Below, one piece after another: positions 30,601 through 40,097 of a DNA stretch of 64,000 nucleotides. The translations under genes and the position numbers were made by a program. How positions within the stretch are numbered: the stretch's first letter is position 1; each line of letters opens with the position of its first letter. This DNA is from Bdellovibrio sp. (GTDB lineage: Bacteria > Bdellovibrionota > Bdellovibrionia > Bdellovibrionales > Bdellovibrionaceae), in assembly GCA_036677065.1 (NCBI GenBank), contig JAKFBS010000001.1, positions 512,001 through 576,000 of the forward strand, written 5' to 3'. The notes under the pieces were generated by a model that saw only the letters and a list, made by a program, of their open reading frames with translations, searched no databases and had not been told where the DNA came from.

Positions 30601-30962
30601 TGATGAAAAACATTTTATTATTAGTAACAGTGTTTACTCTTTTTTCTTGTGATTATAGCCGCACCAGCGGTGGTATCGATGAAGCGTTACCACAAACAGG
30701 TTTAACTGATCCTAAGCCAGGTGAAGAGCCAGCAGTTCGTTTTGCTGATGTTCGCACAGCCGTGCTTGAAAGTTCGTGTGCCGGCTGTCACCAAAATAGA
30801 GGGTTAGATTTAAGTTTTGCTGATTACGCAAATACTAAAACTTTTGCTGCTAAAATTTTTGTGCGTGTTTTTGAAGATCGCGACATGCCACCGAAGAAAA
30901 AGCTAACTGCTTTACAAGAACAAGTTTTAAGATCTTGGTTAGATAACGGTTCACCGGAATAA
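30600..30962 (+). CDS. Monoheme cytochrome c lipoprotein
   Basis: Lipobox LFSC; CAGCH; MPP...LRSWLDNG. Confidence 0.8.
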   Translation: MMKNILLLVTVFTLFSCDYSRTSGGIDEALPQTGLTDPKPGEEPAVRFADVRTAVLESSCAGCHQNRGLDLSFADYANTKTFAAKIFVRVFEDRDMPPKKKLTALQEQVLRSWLDNGSPE

Positions 30963-31054
30963 ATTTTGCTTTATGGGGTTAAAACGATCTGCAAATCAAA
31001 ATATGGAATGCAGATCGTCTATTCGGGGTTAATCACCCCACCAAGGAGCCCCAG

Positions 31055-31978
31055 ATGAAACCGGCGTGGATACTTTTATTCTCATTACTGTTTATGTTCT
31101 CCTGCCAAAAAGAAAAAGCAGAAACCATGACACCTATCCCGGCGCCGCCGCCCGCACAGGATAAAAATGACGTTTGTGAAAAAATCAAATTAAGCGAAAA
31201 TTATATTGAATCTGCCGGTATCATCGGTGGCAGCCGAGTCTTAGCGACAGACGCTGATTCTAAATCTACAGCTATGATTATTGCGACCGAAAAAAGCACG
31301 GGCAATTCATTTGTTTGTACAGCCACGCCAATCACTTCACGCACCTTGATCACTGCAGCCCATTGTTTAGATCGTGCAGCTAAAGTCACAGCCGTTTTTT
31401 ATGCCGACCTTACATGTGCCAGTGGTTTTAGATTTAGCCGCGATACAATTCGTGCCACAGATTTCAAATATCATCCGGACTACAATCCCAACACCATGAA
31501 TAGTGGTAATCCCGATATTGGTTTAGTGCATTTGGCTTCAGAGATTAAGCCAGGTTATCCTATCTATGAAATTAATCATGCGCCTGAAACTTTAAATTCA
31601 GAATTACTTTTATATGGGTACGGAATTACCGGTTCAAACAATACTGATAGTACGGTATTGCGCAAAGTGACTCTGGCGCGGGCCGAATATAGTTTTGAAC
31701 TTAGCTCAATTGTTATTGAAAATAATGGTGTGCGCGGAATATGTCTTGGTGACTCTGGTGGGCCAGGGCTTGTGCGTGTCGCAGACAAATTGCAAATTGC
31801 CAGCGTAAATTCATTTGGCTACGGCCCACGCAATGATGTGTGCGGCGGGCGCAGCAGTTTGATATTGATTCATCCGTTTATGCCATGGATTCATGAAACA
31901 TTAAATAAATGGGGCGAAGCTTTATTGCAAGTGCCCCAGGTTCCAGCGCTACCGCCAGGGCCGCCAGCAGTTAATTAG
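31055..31978 (+). CDS. Trypsin-like serine protease (S1) lipoprotein
   Basis: Lipobox MFSC; IIGG; TAAHC; DIGL; CLGDSGGP catalytic triad motifs. Confidence 0.92.
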   Translation: MKPAWILLFSLLFMFSCQKEKAETMTPIPAPPPAQDKNDVCEKIKLSENYIESAGIIGGSRVLATDADSKSTAMIIATEKSTGNSFVCTATPITSRTLITAAHCLDRAAKVTAVFYADLTCASGFRFSRDTIRATDFKYHPDYNPNTMNSGNPDIGLVHLASEIKPGYPIYEINHAPETLNSELLLYGYGITGSNNTDSTVLRKVTLARAEYSFELSSIVIENNGVRGICLGDSGGPGLVRVADKLQIASVNSFGYGPRNDVCGGRSSLILIHPFMPWIHETLNKWGEALLQVPQVPALPPGPPAVN

Positions 31979-32639
31979 TGCGCAACTCAGCCGGCGTATC
32001 GATTTGGCAAAATGGATGCGCTTTTTTGAACGCTTCAAGGTTATTGCAATGGTTTACAATTTTAGTGATCAACGGAAAATTCTCTAACGGGACTTTAAAT
32101 CTATTTGCCGTAAAAATTTGCGGCACTAAGAATAAATCAGCCGCAGTGATTTCATCGCCAAAGCAAAAAAGACCAGAATGTTTTTCTAACATTTTTTCAC
32201 AAGCTGCAAGACCTGCAGTGGTCCATGAATGGATCCACTTTGTTTTTTGTTCTTCAGTAGCCGAAAAGTTTTTTTCTAAATATTGTATCGTACGTAAATT
32301 ACCGTAAGCGTGGGTGTCGGCATTGATGTTTTCGCAAAACTGTTTGATCAAGGCTTTTTTATACGGGTCTTTTGAAAACAGTTGATAACTATGGGGAAAA
32401 GCATCGTCTAAATATTCAACGATAGCGATGGATTGACCAATCACATTTTTTTCATGAACTAAGGTTGGTACGCCGCCCATCGGATTTAATGCGCGGTATT
32501 CTGATGAATGCTGTTCGCCACCGTTATTTAGCAAATGCACGGGCTTATATTCGTAAGATAGTTTTTTAACTTCTAAGGCTAGGCGCACACGGTACGATGT
32601 TGAACTTCGAAAATAATTGAAAAGCACTAATTTATCCAT
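31971..32639 (-). CDS. maiA: Maleylacetoacetate isomerase (GST zeta)
   Basis: YFRSSTSYRVRLAL, NPMGGVPTL, QSIAIVEYL, ADLFLVPQ and KAHP..Q.D motifs. Confidence 0.92.
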   Translation of the reverse strand: MDKLVLFNYFRSSTSYRVRLALEVKKLSYEYKPVHLLNNGGEQHSSEYRALNPMGGVPTLVHEKNVIGQSIAIVEYLDDAFPHSYQLFSKDPYKKALIKQFCENINADTHAYGNLRTIQYLEKNFSATEEQKTKWIHSWTTAGLAACEKMLEKHSGLFCFGDEITAADLFLVPQIFTANRFKVPLENFPLITKIVNHCNNLEAFKKAHPFCQIDTPAELRTN

Positions 32640-32778
32640 AAGGCCCTTAGTTTGGTTGGGTGTGACTAAAACTCCAACAGATGTCGCAGGTCGCCAATGT
32701 GTTGCTCGACTGTAAGCCTATGGTTTTTGCGTGCAGCTCGCCAATGACAGGAGTAAGCTGGGCCTAATCGGAGGAACT

Positions 32779-33354
32779 ATGTTCAAAAAGTTATTAACAA
32801 CAGTGTCTATGATCTTAATGGCTTCGGTAGCCCATGCTGAAATCGCTTACTCTATGCCAGCCCTTGAAGTGGGTTTCAAATTAAACACTATGGATGCCGA
32901 CACTTCGACATCGAACAAACAATCCAACGCATTTCAGGGCGGTGGTTCGATTGTTTTTGATTTTGGTGACAGCGGATTTGGTCTAAAAACAGGTTTAATG
33001 TATTCAGAACGTACTTTTAAAAATGAATTTAATATTGGTCTTACTACGCAAGAGGGTAAAATCACTTATTTCGATATTCCGTTACAAGTGATGTTTAAAT
33101 TTGAAGATTATGCCGGAATCTACTTCGGTCCATCGTTTTCAACTAAATTAGGCGACGAATGCAAAACGAATACGGGTTCATGTACTTTAACCGATATTAA
33201 ATCATCAATTATGCCAATGACTTTCGGTGCGCAATTTAAAATGGCGGCTAACTTCGGCTTAAGTTTATTTTTTGAAACGTTTTCTGGCGAAGTGGCGCAG
33301 GGGCTTAAAGCTTCTCGCGGTGTCGGCGCCAATTTATTATTCGTATTTGACTAA
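32779..33354 (+). CDS. Outer-membrane beta-barrel (porin/OmpA-like) protein
   Basis: GGAGG RBS; signal peptide ending AHA; alternating beta strands (YFDIPL); aromatic C-terminus LLFVFD. Confidence 0.78.
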   Translation: MFKKLLTTVSMILMASVAHAEIAYSMPALEVGFKLNTMDADTSTSNKQSNAFQGGGSIVFDFGDSGFGLKTGLMYSERTFKNEFNIGLTTQEGKITYFDIPLQVMFKFEDYAGIYFGPSFSTKLGDECKTNTGSCTLTDIKSSIMPMTFGAQFKMAANFGLSLFFETFSGEVAQGLKASRGVGANLLFVFD

Positions 33355-33379
33355 GCTCTAGATAAAAGGATTCGGACTC

Positions 33380-34363
33380 ATGAAATTAGCAACGCTTAAA
33401 ACTAAAAATTCTAAAGACGGTGAATTAGTTATTGTTAGCCGCGATGGCAGAAATTTTGTTTCGGCTAAAGACATTGCGCCTAATTTATTACAAGCTATAG
33501 AAAACTGGTCAGTTGTTGAACCGCAATTGAAACAACGTTACGACCAGTTAAATGGCGGAAGTGCTGCGGGCCAACAGCCAGTTTCTAGTCCTGCCATTTT
33601 TGCCTCAGTATTGCCGCGCACATGGCTTTTTGCCGATGGCTCAGCCTTTATTCATCATATTAAACTTGTACGTAAGGCGCGTAATGCGGCTTTACCTGAA
33701 ACTTTGTTAACTGTTCCTTTGATGTACCAAGCTGAAAGCGGAAGATTCTTAGATCCTATCGAAGATATTCCACAGCGCGACTTTGCTCACGGTACGGATT
33801 TTGAAGCTGAAGTCGGTGTGATCGTAGACCATGTTCCGATGGGAGTGACCCCAGAACAGGCCCTTAATCACATTAAGTTACTCGTTTTGATTAACGATGT
33901 TTCCCTGCGCGGCTTAATTCCAGAGGAGTTAGCGCAGGGGTTTGGTTTTTTTCAAAGTAAACCCAATAGCGCGTTATCTCCACTAGCACTTACAATTGAT
34001 GAATTAGGTTCGGCGTGGAAAGATGGCCGTGTGCAGTTGCCACTTAACGTGACTTATAACGGTCAATTTTTCGGTAAAGCTAATGCTAAAGAAATGCATT
34101 TTCATTTTGGTCAATTAATCGCTCACGCAGCAAAAACCCGAGATCTTGCAGCGGGCTCGTTAATCGGCAGTGGTACTGTAGCCAATGAAGATATAACTAT
34201 GGGTTCCAGCTGTTTAGCTGAAAAACGCACGTTAGAAACAATCAATAATGGTAAAGCTGAAACTCCATTTATGAAAGTTGGCGATACCGTTGAAATTGAA
34301 ATGTTCAATGACAAAGGTGAAAGTCTATTTGGCCGTATTTCACAAAAAGTGGCTCAAAGCTAG
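33380..34363 (+). CDS. Fumarylacetoacetate hydrolase family protein
   Basis: MKLATL..DGELVIVSRD, DFEAEV, NDVSLR, GFGFFQSKP and GSGTV; near maiA. Confidence 0.92.
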   Translation: MKLATLKTKNSKDGELVIVSRDGRNFVSAKDIAPNLLQAIENWSVVEPQLKQRYDQLNGGSAAGQQPVSSPAIFASVLPRTWLFADGSAFIHHIKLVRKARNAALPETLLTVPLMYQAESGRFLDPIEDIPQRDFAHGTDFEAEVGVIVDHVPMGVTPEQALNHIKLLVLINDVSLRGLIPEELAQGFGFFQSKPNSALSPLALTIDELGSAWKDGRVQLPLNVTYNGQFFGKANAKEMHFHFGQLIAHAAKTRDLAAGSLIGSGTVANEDITMGSSCLAEKRTLETINNGKAETPFMKVGDTVEIEMFNDKGESLFGRISQKVAQS

Positions 34364-35259
34364 TGAAGCATTTTTCGGTTCATAAGAATTTTTTTCCTGA
34401 AGCTAAAAAACTTCGTTCTGAATTTGATCAGAATTTTTCTAACCCACGCACAACAGATAATAAACGTTTTGTGTGGGATTACTGGTATTTCGAAGATCAA
34501 TACCACTTAATCAGAACACCAGCTTTTTATTATTTCACAAAAAAGATATATCAAAATTTTCACTCTCAACTTGTGCAATGGGGACGTGAAAACTTAGGCT
34601 GTCATGATATTTCGCCTCCATGGATGAGCTATTATGTCGATGGCTGTTACCAGAATTTACATTCTGATGTGCCGCATGGCCCTTGGGCTTTTGTGTATTC
34701 ATTAACGATTGATCCTAAAGCTTTTCGCGGCGGTGAAACGTTAATCATGAAACCAGATGTTTTAGATTACTGGCCAGGGTTTCAAGATCAGCAAGATCGC
34801 GAATATAAAAGTTTTGTAGACCGGGTTCCGGCTAACTTTAATCAGTTAGTCGTCTTTGACCCACGTTTTCCGCATGGGGTAACCGAAGTTAAAGGCACGC
34901 GTAATCCACAAAAAGCGCGTTTAGTGATTCATGGTTGGTTCGTAGAACCGCGCCCCTATGTGGTGGGTGGTCTGACAACGGCGCAAGTGCAAAAGCCGTT
35001 ATCAGAAGCGATGTTTGTGTTCTCAGAAGAGATTGCTAAGCTTAATCCTTCGCACGGTACAGTGTCGTTACGTTTAGAAATTTCTACAGCAGGCAATGTT
35101 GTTAGCTATCAAGAAGTCACAAACACATTGATTTCATTGGTGCATGAAGAAAAAGAAGTTCTGTACACTAAAAAATTGATGAAGAGTCTTTTTACACAGA
35201 TGCGGTTTCCGAAAGCTAAGAAAAAATCGTTTTTAACGATTCCAATTTTATTTAAATAG
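34363..35259 (+). CDS. 2OG-Fe(II) oxygenase superfamily protein with C-terminal TonB-C-like extension
   Basis: HSD...GGET...FNQLVVFD..FPHGV...RLVIHGW metal/2OG motifs; an extra ~100-aa C-terminal domain. Confidence 0.8.
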   Translation: MKHFSVHKNFFPEAKKLRSEFDQNFSNPRTTDNKRFVWDYWYFEDQYHLIRTPAFYYFTKKIYQNFHSQLVQWGRENLGCHDISPPWMSYYVDGCYQNLHSDVPHGPWAFVYSLTIDPKAFRGGETLIMKPDVLDYWPGFQDQQDREYKSFVDRVPANFNQLVVFDPRFPHGVTEVKGTRNPQKARLVIHGWFVEPRPYVVGGLTTAQVQKPLSEAMFVFSEEIAKLNPSHGTVSLRLEISTAGNVVSYQEVTNTLISLVHEEKEVLYTKKLMKSLFTQMRFPKAKKKSFLTIPILFK

Positions 35260-35268
35260 AAGGTTCTT

Positions 35269-36222
35269 ATGACTCTGACCCAATTAAGTTATGTTGTAGC
35301 TGTTGATAAATATAAAAACTTTGGCCAAGCGGCAGAAAGTTGTGCGATCACACAGCCGACATTATCGATGCAGATTCAGAAGTTAGAAGAAGAACTGGGT
35401 GTGCAAATTTTTGATCGTAGTCACCAGCCGGTGAAAACGACAAAAATCGGGGCAGCGTTAGTTATTCAGGCGCGCGTAATTTTAACTGAGAGCCAACACT
35501 TTCATGAAATTATTCAAGACAGCAACGGTGAAGTTAAGGGTGAAGTGACGATTGGCGTAATTCCGACGTTAGCCCCATACTTATTGCCATTATTCTTAAA
35601 AAAATTCAGTGTTAAACACCCGAATTTACAAATCCATGTTGAAGAGCTGCAAACTGAACATATCATCGAGCGTCTTAAAGCAAGTTCTTTAGATGTAGGC
35701 TTATTAGTTACACCGATTGAAGACGCAAACCTTGAATCAGTTCCTCTTTTTTATGAACCATTTATGGTTTATGCTTCTGAAAAAAGTGCTTTAATGAGTA
35801 AAGCTAAAGTTCAGCAGACTGATTTAAATTCGAATGATTTATGGTTATTAACTGAAGGCCATTGTTTTCGCGATCAATCTTTAACGATTTGCCGCAACCG
35901 CAAAAAAACAACAGATATCAATCGTAATATTAAATTAGAATCTGGAAGTCTTGAAACTTTACGTCGTATGGTTGATCAAGAAACTGGTTTTACATTGTTA
36001 CCGTATTTAGCGGCTCAGGATGTCGATAATAAAAAGCAACTTAAAGAGTTTGCCTCACCAATTCCCACACGTGAAGTAAGCTTGATTTACAATGTGCATT
36101 TTAAACGTAACGCTTTTAAAGAATCTTTGATTGAGACTATTCAAAAAGCGTTACCAAAAGAGATTCATGTTACACCGGCGAAAAACACTCAGATCGTGGA
36201 TTTGCCGATGGGTAAGTCGTAA
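35269..36222 (+). CDS. oxyR: Hydrogen peroxide-inducible activator OxyR (LysR family)
   Basis: LysR HTH; GVIPTLAPYLLP; EGHCFRDQSLTIC with both redox cysteines; GSLETL. Confidence 0.9.
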   Translation: MTLTQLSYVVAVDKYKNFGQAAESCAITQPTLSMQIQKLEEELGVQIFDRSHQPVKTTKIGAALVIQARVILTESQHFHEIIQDSNGEVKGEVTIGVIPTLAPYLLPLFLKKFSVKHPNLQIHVEELQTEHIIERLKASSLDVGLLVTPIEDANLESVPLFYEPFMVYASEKSALMSKAKVQQTDLNSNDLWLLTEGHCFRDQSLTICRNRKKTTDINRNIKLESGSLETLRRMVDQETGFTLLPYLAAQDVDNKKQLKEFASPIPTREVSLIYNVHFKRNAFKESLIETIQKALPKEIHVTPAKNTQIVDLPMGKS

Positions 36223-36582
36223 TTAGTTTAAATTGCCAATGCAATTCATTTTTTCTTCTAGTTCTTGATCGGCTTTTGAATTTAAGTTTCCTTGAGTAAC
36301 GCCATCCTTAGGACCTAAGTAAATCAAAAATGTATTATCTATTGGATAAGAAATTTTTAAACCTTTTTCTGGGCCATCAAGAATTTCTGCAGGAATGGCT
36401 TTATCCATTTCAGGTGAAACTAAAATTGTTTTTTCGTTCGAATCGATAAGAACGGTGTGTATATCGCCTTTGCAAAGTAAAGTGCCCGCGACAACACTGC
36501 CTACATCGCCAGTTCCCTTATCAGTTCGTGCAAATGCCGTTACGCTTGTAATTAGCAGGGCTACAGTTAAAAGTTTTTTCAT
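36223..36582 (-). CDS. Secreted hypothetical protein
   Basis: GAGGAG RBS; signal peptide ending AFA; two Cys. Confidence 0.65.
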   Translation of the reverse strand: MKKLLTVALLITSVTAFARTDKGTGDVGSVVAGTLLCKGDIHTVLIDSNEKTILVSPEMDKAIPAEILDGPEKGLKISYPIDNTFLIYLGPKDGVTQGNLNSKADQELEEKMNCIGNLN

Positions 36583-36755
36583 AAGATTCTCCTCTTGTTA
36601 TTTGCCGGAAAGACACCATTAAGGGACCAGGCAGTTTATATGAATTTGACTAATGCAAAACTGTACCCGGGACGGCGATCAATAGAACAAATATAGAGAA
36701 CCTCAGAGTGTCTAAGGTTTTTTCATGGGCTTGAAATTGTAGGCAAAGATTACAA

Positions 36756-36779
36756 TCTAGAAACAAATTTGTTTCTAGA
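36756..36779. promoter_or_regulatory. Perfect 24-bp palindrome TCTAGAAACAAATTTGTTTCTAGA in a divergent promoter region
   Basis: Read directly; there is no loop, so it is more consistent with an operator than a terminator. Confidence 0.55.
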
Positions 36780-36834
36780 CTAATGGGCTAAAAATCATTT
36801 CCGTTTTTGCAAAATTGCATTCTACAATAAAGGT

Positions 36835-37644
36835 ATGGAACGAAAAGTATCAGTTTTTGAATATATGAACATAAGTTTATTCTTGCAGGACTATTATCAA
36901 TTGCAAAAATCACTGAACCAAAAATTTTCTTATGAAAATTGGTCGCAGGCTTTGGGTTTTTCGAACAAAACTTTATTGCGTATGATTGTTCAAGGTAAAA
37001 GGCAAATCACTGAAAACAGTAAAATAAAATTTCAACAAGTCATAAAGTTCAACCCATTAGAAAAAGAGTATTTTGATGTGCTCGTCGATTATAGCCAGGC
37101 AAAAAGTGCTAAACAACGCCAAGTTATTGGAAGTCGTTTAATTCAAATTCAAAGACAAACATTCATACAGGCCCAATTTTCAGCAACTAGCGAATTAGTT
37201 AAAAGTGCTTATGGGCCGATTATTTTAACTATCATTAGCTCAGTGACTGAGCCAATTTCGGCGGCTCACATTGCCGAATTACTTAAGCTAGAAACGACTC
37301 AAGTAAGTGCTGTGCTCAATGAACTAGAAATGGCTAAGGCCATTATTAAAACCAGCACTGGTTACATGGCTGAACAAACTTCTTTTAAAATTCCAGATTT
37401 ATTTGGTCACCAAAATCTTAAAACTTTTTATAAATTTTGGATTGAACAGTCTGCAAAGGCTATGGATTTGCCACCAGAGATTAGACGTTATCGTTCGTTA
37501 CAAATTCCATTGTCAAAAGATGAGTTCGAAGAAGTCGTTCACAAGGTGAACGACTTTGCGATGACATTACTTTGTCAGTTTGAAAAAAACACGATGCACG
37601 AGCGAAAAATGTATCTAATAAATACCGCTTTGTTTCCGGTTTAA
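36835..37644 (+). CDS. TIGR02147/DUF4423 family putative DNA-binding regulator
   Basis: SVFEY....FLQDYY..QK...KFSY....ALGF.NK..L..IVQGKR N-terminus and C-terminal Y.IN..LFP, as in this Bdellovibrio/Fibrobacter-expanded family. Confidence 0.8.
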   Translation: MERKVSVFEYMNISLFLQDYYQLQKSLNQKFSYENWSQALGFSNKTLLRMIVQGKRQITENSKIKFQQVIKFNPLEKEYFDVLVDYSQAKSAKQRQVIGSRLIQIQRQTFIQAQFSATSELVKSAYGPIILTIISSVTEPISAAHIAELLKLETTQVSAVLNELEMAKAIIKTSTGYMAEQTSFKIPDLFGHQNLKTFYKFWIEQSAKAMDLPPEIRRYRSLQIPLSKDEFEEVVHKVNDFAMTLLCQFEKNTMHERKMYLINTALFPV

Positions 37645-38045
37645 ACAAATAAAATTTCGACAGGAACTTGCACGTCTGGGTGTAATGATTTTTTTACAGG
37701 ACACATTTCTGCGATTTCAGGAATTCTTTTTTTGAATTCTTCTGGGATTGTATTCGGAAACTTGCAAATTGTTTTTAAAGACGCAATCCTTCTTGGTGGC
37801 GGAGTCATTACTTTTTCTGTGTAAGAAGTGGCGCCTACAATTGAGATATTTTCTTTTTCGGCATGAATAGCCACTGTCGTTAAAATACATGTTCCAAGCG
37901 CTGTAGCTACTAGGTCAGTCGGTGAAAACGTTTCGCCTAAGCCGTTATTATCTTTAGGGGCGTCAGTTTGAATTTGAGAATTTGATGGGCCGTGCGTGGC
38001 TTCGCAATGTTTTTGGCCGGTGTATTTTGAACTGATGTTTACCAT
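37641..38045 (-). CDS. OsmC family protein
   Basis: TDAPKDNNGLGETFSPTDLVATALGTC...CPVKKSLHP. Start 38045 or 38051. Confidence 0.9.
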   Translation of the reverse strand: MVNISSKYTGQKHCEATHGPSNSQIQTDAPKDNNGLGETFSPTDLVATALGTCILTTVAIHAEKENISIVGATSYTEKVMTPPPRRIASLKTICKFPNTIPEEFKKRIPEIAEMCPVKKSLHPDVQVPVEILFV

Positions 38046-38093
38046 ATGCATGTACCTCTTGCTTTTGTTGTATATTCAGGTATCTGTTAAGTC

Positions 38094-38996
38094 ATGAATT
38101 TACGTACGTTGTTATCTTTATTGGCAGTGGTTTTCGTGGTTTCGGGCTGTACTCAATCTAAAGAATTAGGCAGTAAGAAAAATCCCTTTAAGTTTTATAT
38201 TGTTCCAGCCCAAGATGTTGTGGCTTTAAAAGAGCAAGGGCAAAAATTAGCGTCTTTTTTAGAAAAAGAAACGGGCATGTTTGTTCAAATCGAACTTCCG
38301 ATTAATTATATCGCTTTAGTTGAGGCGTTTGGTTCTAAGCGCGCTGATGCGGCAATTATTAATACTTTCGGATATATCTTGGCTAACGAAAAATACGGTG
38401 TTCAGGCAAGGCTTAAACTAATGAATCGTGGACGTGATGAATATTACGGGCAAATTATTGCTCGTGCAGACGGGCCTAAATCGATTAAAGAATTAAGCGG
38501 CAAAAAATTTGCTTTTGTTGATCCCGCCTCAACTTCTGGTTATTTGTTACCACTGCGGTTATTTAAACAAGAAAACGTAAAACTTAAAGAATTTATGTTT
38601 GCCGGTAAGCACGATACCGTGGTTCGCGCGGTTTACCAAAAACAAGTGGATGCGGGCGCTACATTTTACACGCCACCTGATGATGACGGTACGCCAAAAG
38701 ATGCGCGTTGGATTTTACGTACAGAATATCCTGATGTTTATGAAAAAATTAAAATCTTAAAATTAACTGGACCGATTCCGAATGATCCGGTGATTTTTAG
38801 AAAAGATATTCCTGAAGAAGTGAAGCAGAAATTCGCTGATGCTTTGATTAAATATATTAAAACTGACGAAGGTAAAAATGTTTTATTAGGTATGTATCAT
38901 ATTACTGATTTTAAAGCGGCATCTGATAAAGATTACGACCTGGTACGCAGTTACCTAAAAGACTTAGGTCAAACTGCGCAAGGCTTTATAAAATAA
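38094..38996 (+). CDS. Phosphate/phosphite/phosphonate ABC substrate-binding lipoprotein (PhnD-like), orphan
   Basis: Lipobox VSGC; FAFVDPASTSGYLLP; AGKHD; IPND. No permease or ATPase adjacent. Confidence 0.87.
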   Translation: MNLRTLLSLLAVVFVVSGCTQSKELGSKKNPFKFYIVPAQDVVALKEQGQKLASFLEKETGMFVQIELPINYIALVEAFGSKRADAAIINTFGYILANEKYGVQARLKLMNRGRDEYYGQIIARADGPKSIKELSGKKFAFVDPASTSGYLLPLRLFKQENVKLKEFMFAGKHDTVVRAVYQKQVDAGATFYTPPDDDGTPKDARWILRTEYPDVYEKIKILKLTGPIPNDPVIFRKDIPEEVKQKFADALIKYIKTDEGKNVLLGMYHITDFKAASDKDYDLVRSYLKDLGQTAQGFIK

Positions 38997-39761
38997 TTAG
39001 TATTTACGAAGAAGAGCTTTCACTAAACCTTTGATATCAACTTGTTGTGGCGCATACCACATTGAAGTTAAACGAGGGTTAGCTGGACGTAATTCAATCG
39101 CTTTAGTGCTTGTTGAAATCTCTGGATTCTTTTTCATATAAAAGCGCTTAACAGTAGCGCCTTCTTCGATGCCTGCAACAACAAGATCGCCATCTTTGGC
39201 ATTCTTTTGTGAAAGCACGACAAGAAAGTCTCCATCAAAGATACCTTCATCAATCATTGAATCGCCTTCGACTTTTAAAGCAAAGTAATCGCCCGGAGAT
39301 TTCATAAAATTCACCGGTACATCAATATACTCACCTTCGTGAATGCGTTCGATAGGTGAACCGGCAGCCACGCGGCCTAAGAAAGGGATAGGAAGAACCT
39401 TCGAATCTTGTCCGTGGAGACTTTGGGAAGACTGACCAGCGAAGGAGCTCTTCGAAGGTTCTTTCACTAAATTAAGATTAGGTTGGCCCAAACGACTTGC
39501 TAAATCTTTTTGGAAGTCTCCAGCAGAGTGCAAGATTTGGATCGCGCGTTTTTGATTCTGAGGAATTAGCAAATATCCTTTTGTGCTCAGTTGTTTTAAA
39601 TAATTTTGAACTGAGTTAAAAGATGCAAAGCCAAAGTGATCACAGATCTCTTGATAAGACGGTGATACGCCTTTAGAGATCAGTTCCTGCTCAATAAATT
39701 GCAGGACTGATTTCTCTTTGGCAGTTAACGGTGGGAGGGGCGAGTTTGCATGTTTCTTCAT
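38997..39761 (-). CDS. lexA: SOS repressor LexA
   Basis: PSYQEICDHFGFAS wHTH; VAAG cleavage site; GDSM Ser and ATVK Lys catalytic dyad. Confidence 0.95.
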   Translation of the reverse strand: MKKHANSPLPPLTAKEKSVLQFIEQELISKGVSPSYQEICDHFGFASFNSVQNYLKQLSTKGYLLIPQNQKRAIQILHSAGDFQKDLASRLGQPNLNLVKEPSKSSFAGQSSQSLHGQDSKVLPIPFLGRVAAGSPIERIHEGEYIDVPVNFMKSPGDYFALKVEGDSMIDEGIFDGDFLVVLSQKNAKDGDLVVAGIEEGATVKRFYMKKNPEISTSTKAIELRPANPRLTSMWYAPQQVDIKGLVKALLRKY

Positions 39762-39769
39762 ACACATAA

Positions 39770-39782
39770 CTTACAGTGTAAG
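39770..39782. promoter_or_regulatory. LexA box (TTAC-N3-GTAA)
   Basis: CTTAC-agt-GTAAG palindrome just upstream of the lexA start; it matches the motif type described for Bdellovibrio LexA. Confidence 0.75.
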
Positions 39783-39807
39783 AAATGTGTAAGTCAACAG
39801 CTTATTT

Positions 39808-39990
39808 TTATAATTTTTCTTTAGGACCATGGCCTGGTTGATCTGGCAGGCTGGCCGGTTTTTTCTCACCAGAAGGCTCAGGAGCATTCACGATGTGTTT
39901 CGGCGCGGAAGAACAGTTCTGATAGAACAATAAAACAAACGGATTCGCGATGAATAACAGGGCTAACATTAAACTACTCTTTTTCGCCAT
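39808..39990 (-). CDS. Small putative lipoprotein (YQNC signal)
   Basis: AGGAG RBS; basic N-terminus, hydrophobic stretch and FYQNC; short Pro-rich tail. Confidence 0.65.
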   Translation of the reverse strand: MAKKSSLMLALLFIANPFVLLFYQNCSSAPKHIVNAPEPSGEKKPASLPDQPGHGPKEKL

Positions 39991-40034
39991 TAACATATCT
40001 CCTTAAACTAAAGTCTGGTCTCGGCATAAATTAC

Positions 40035-40061
40035 CTATCGGATTGCGAAAGAAAAAACCTG
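40035..40061 (-). promoter_or_regulatory. Sigma28-like promoter
   Basis: Minus strand CAGGTTTT-N11-TCCGATAG upstream of the small lipoprotein. Confidence 0.5.
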
Positions 40062-40097
40062 AGGACTTTTTTACACAGATATGGTCATATTTTGAGA

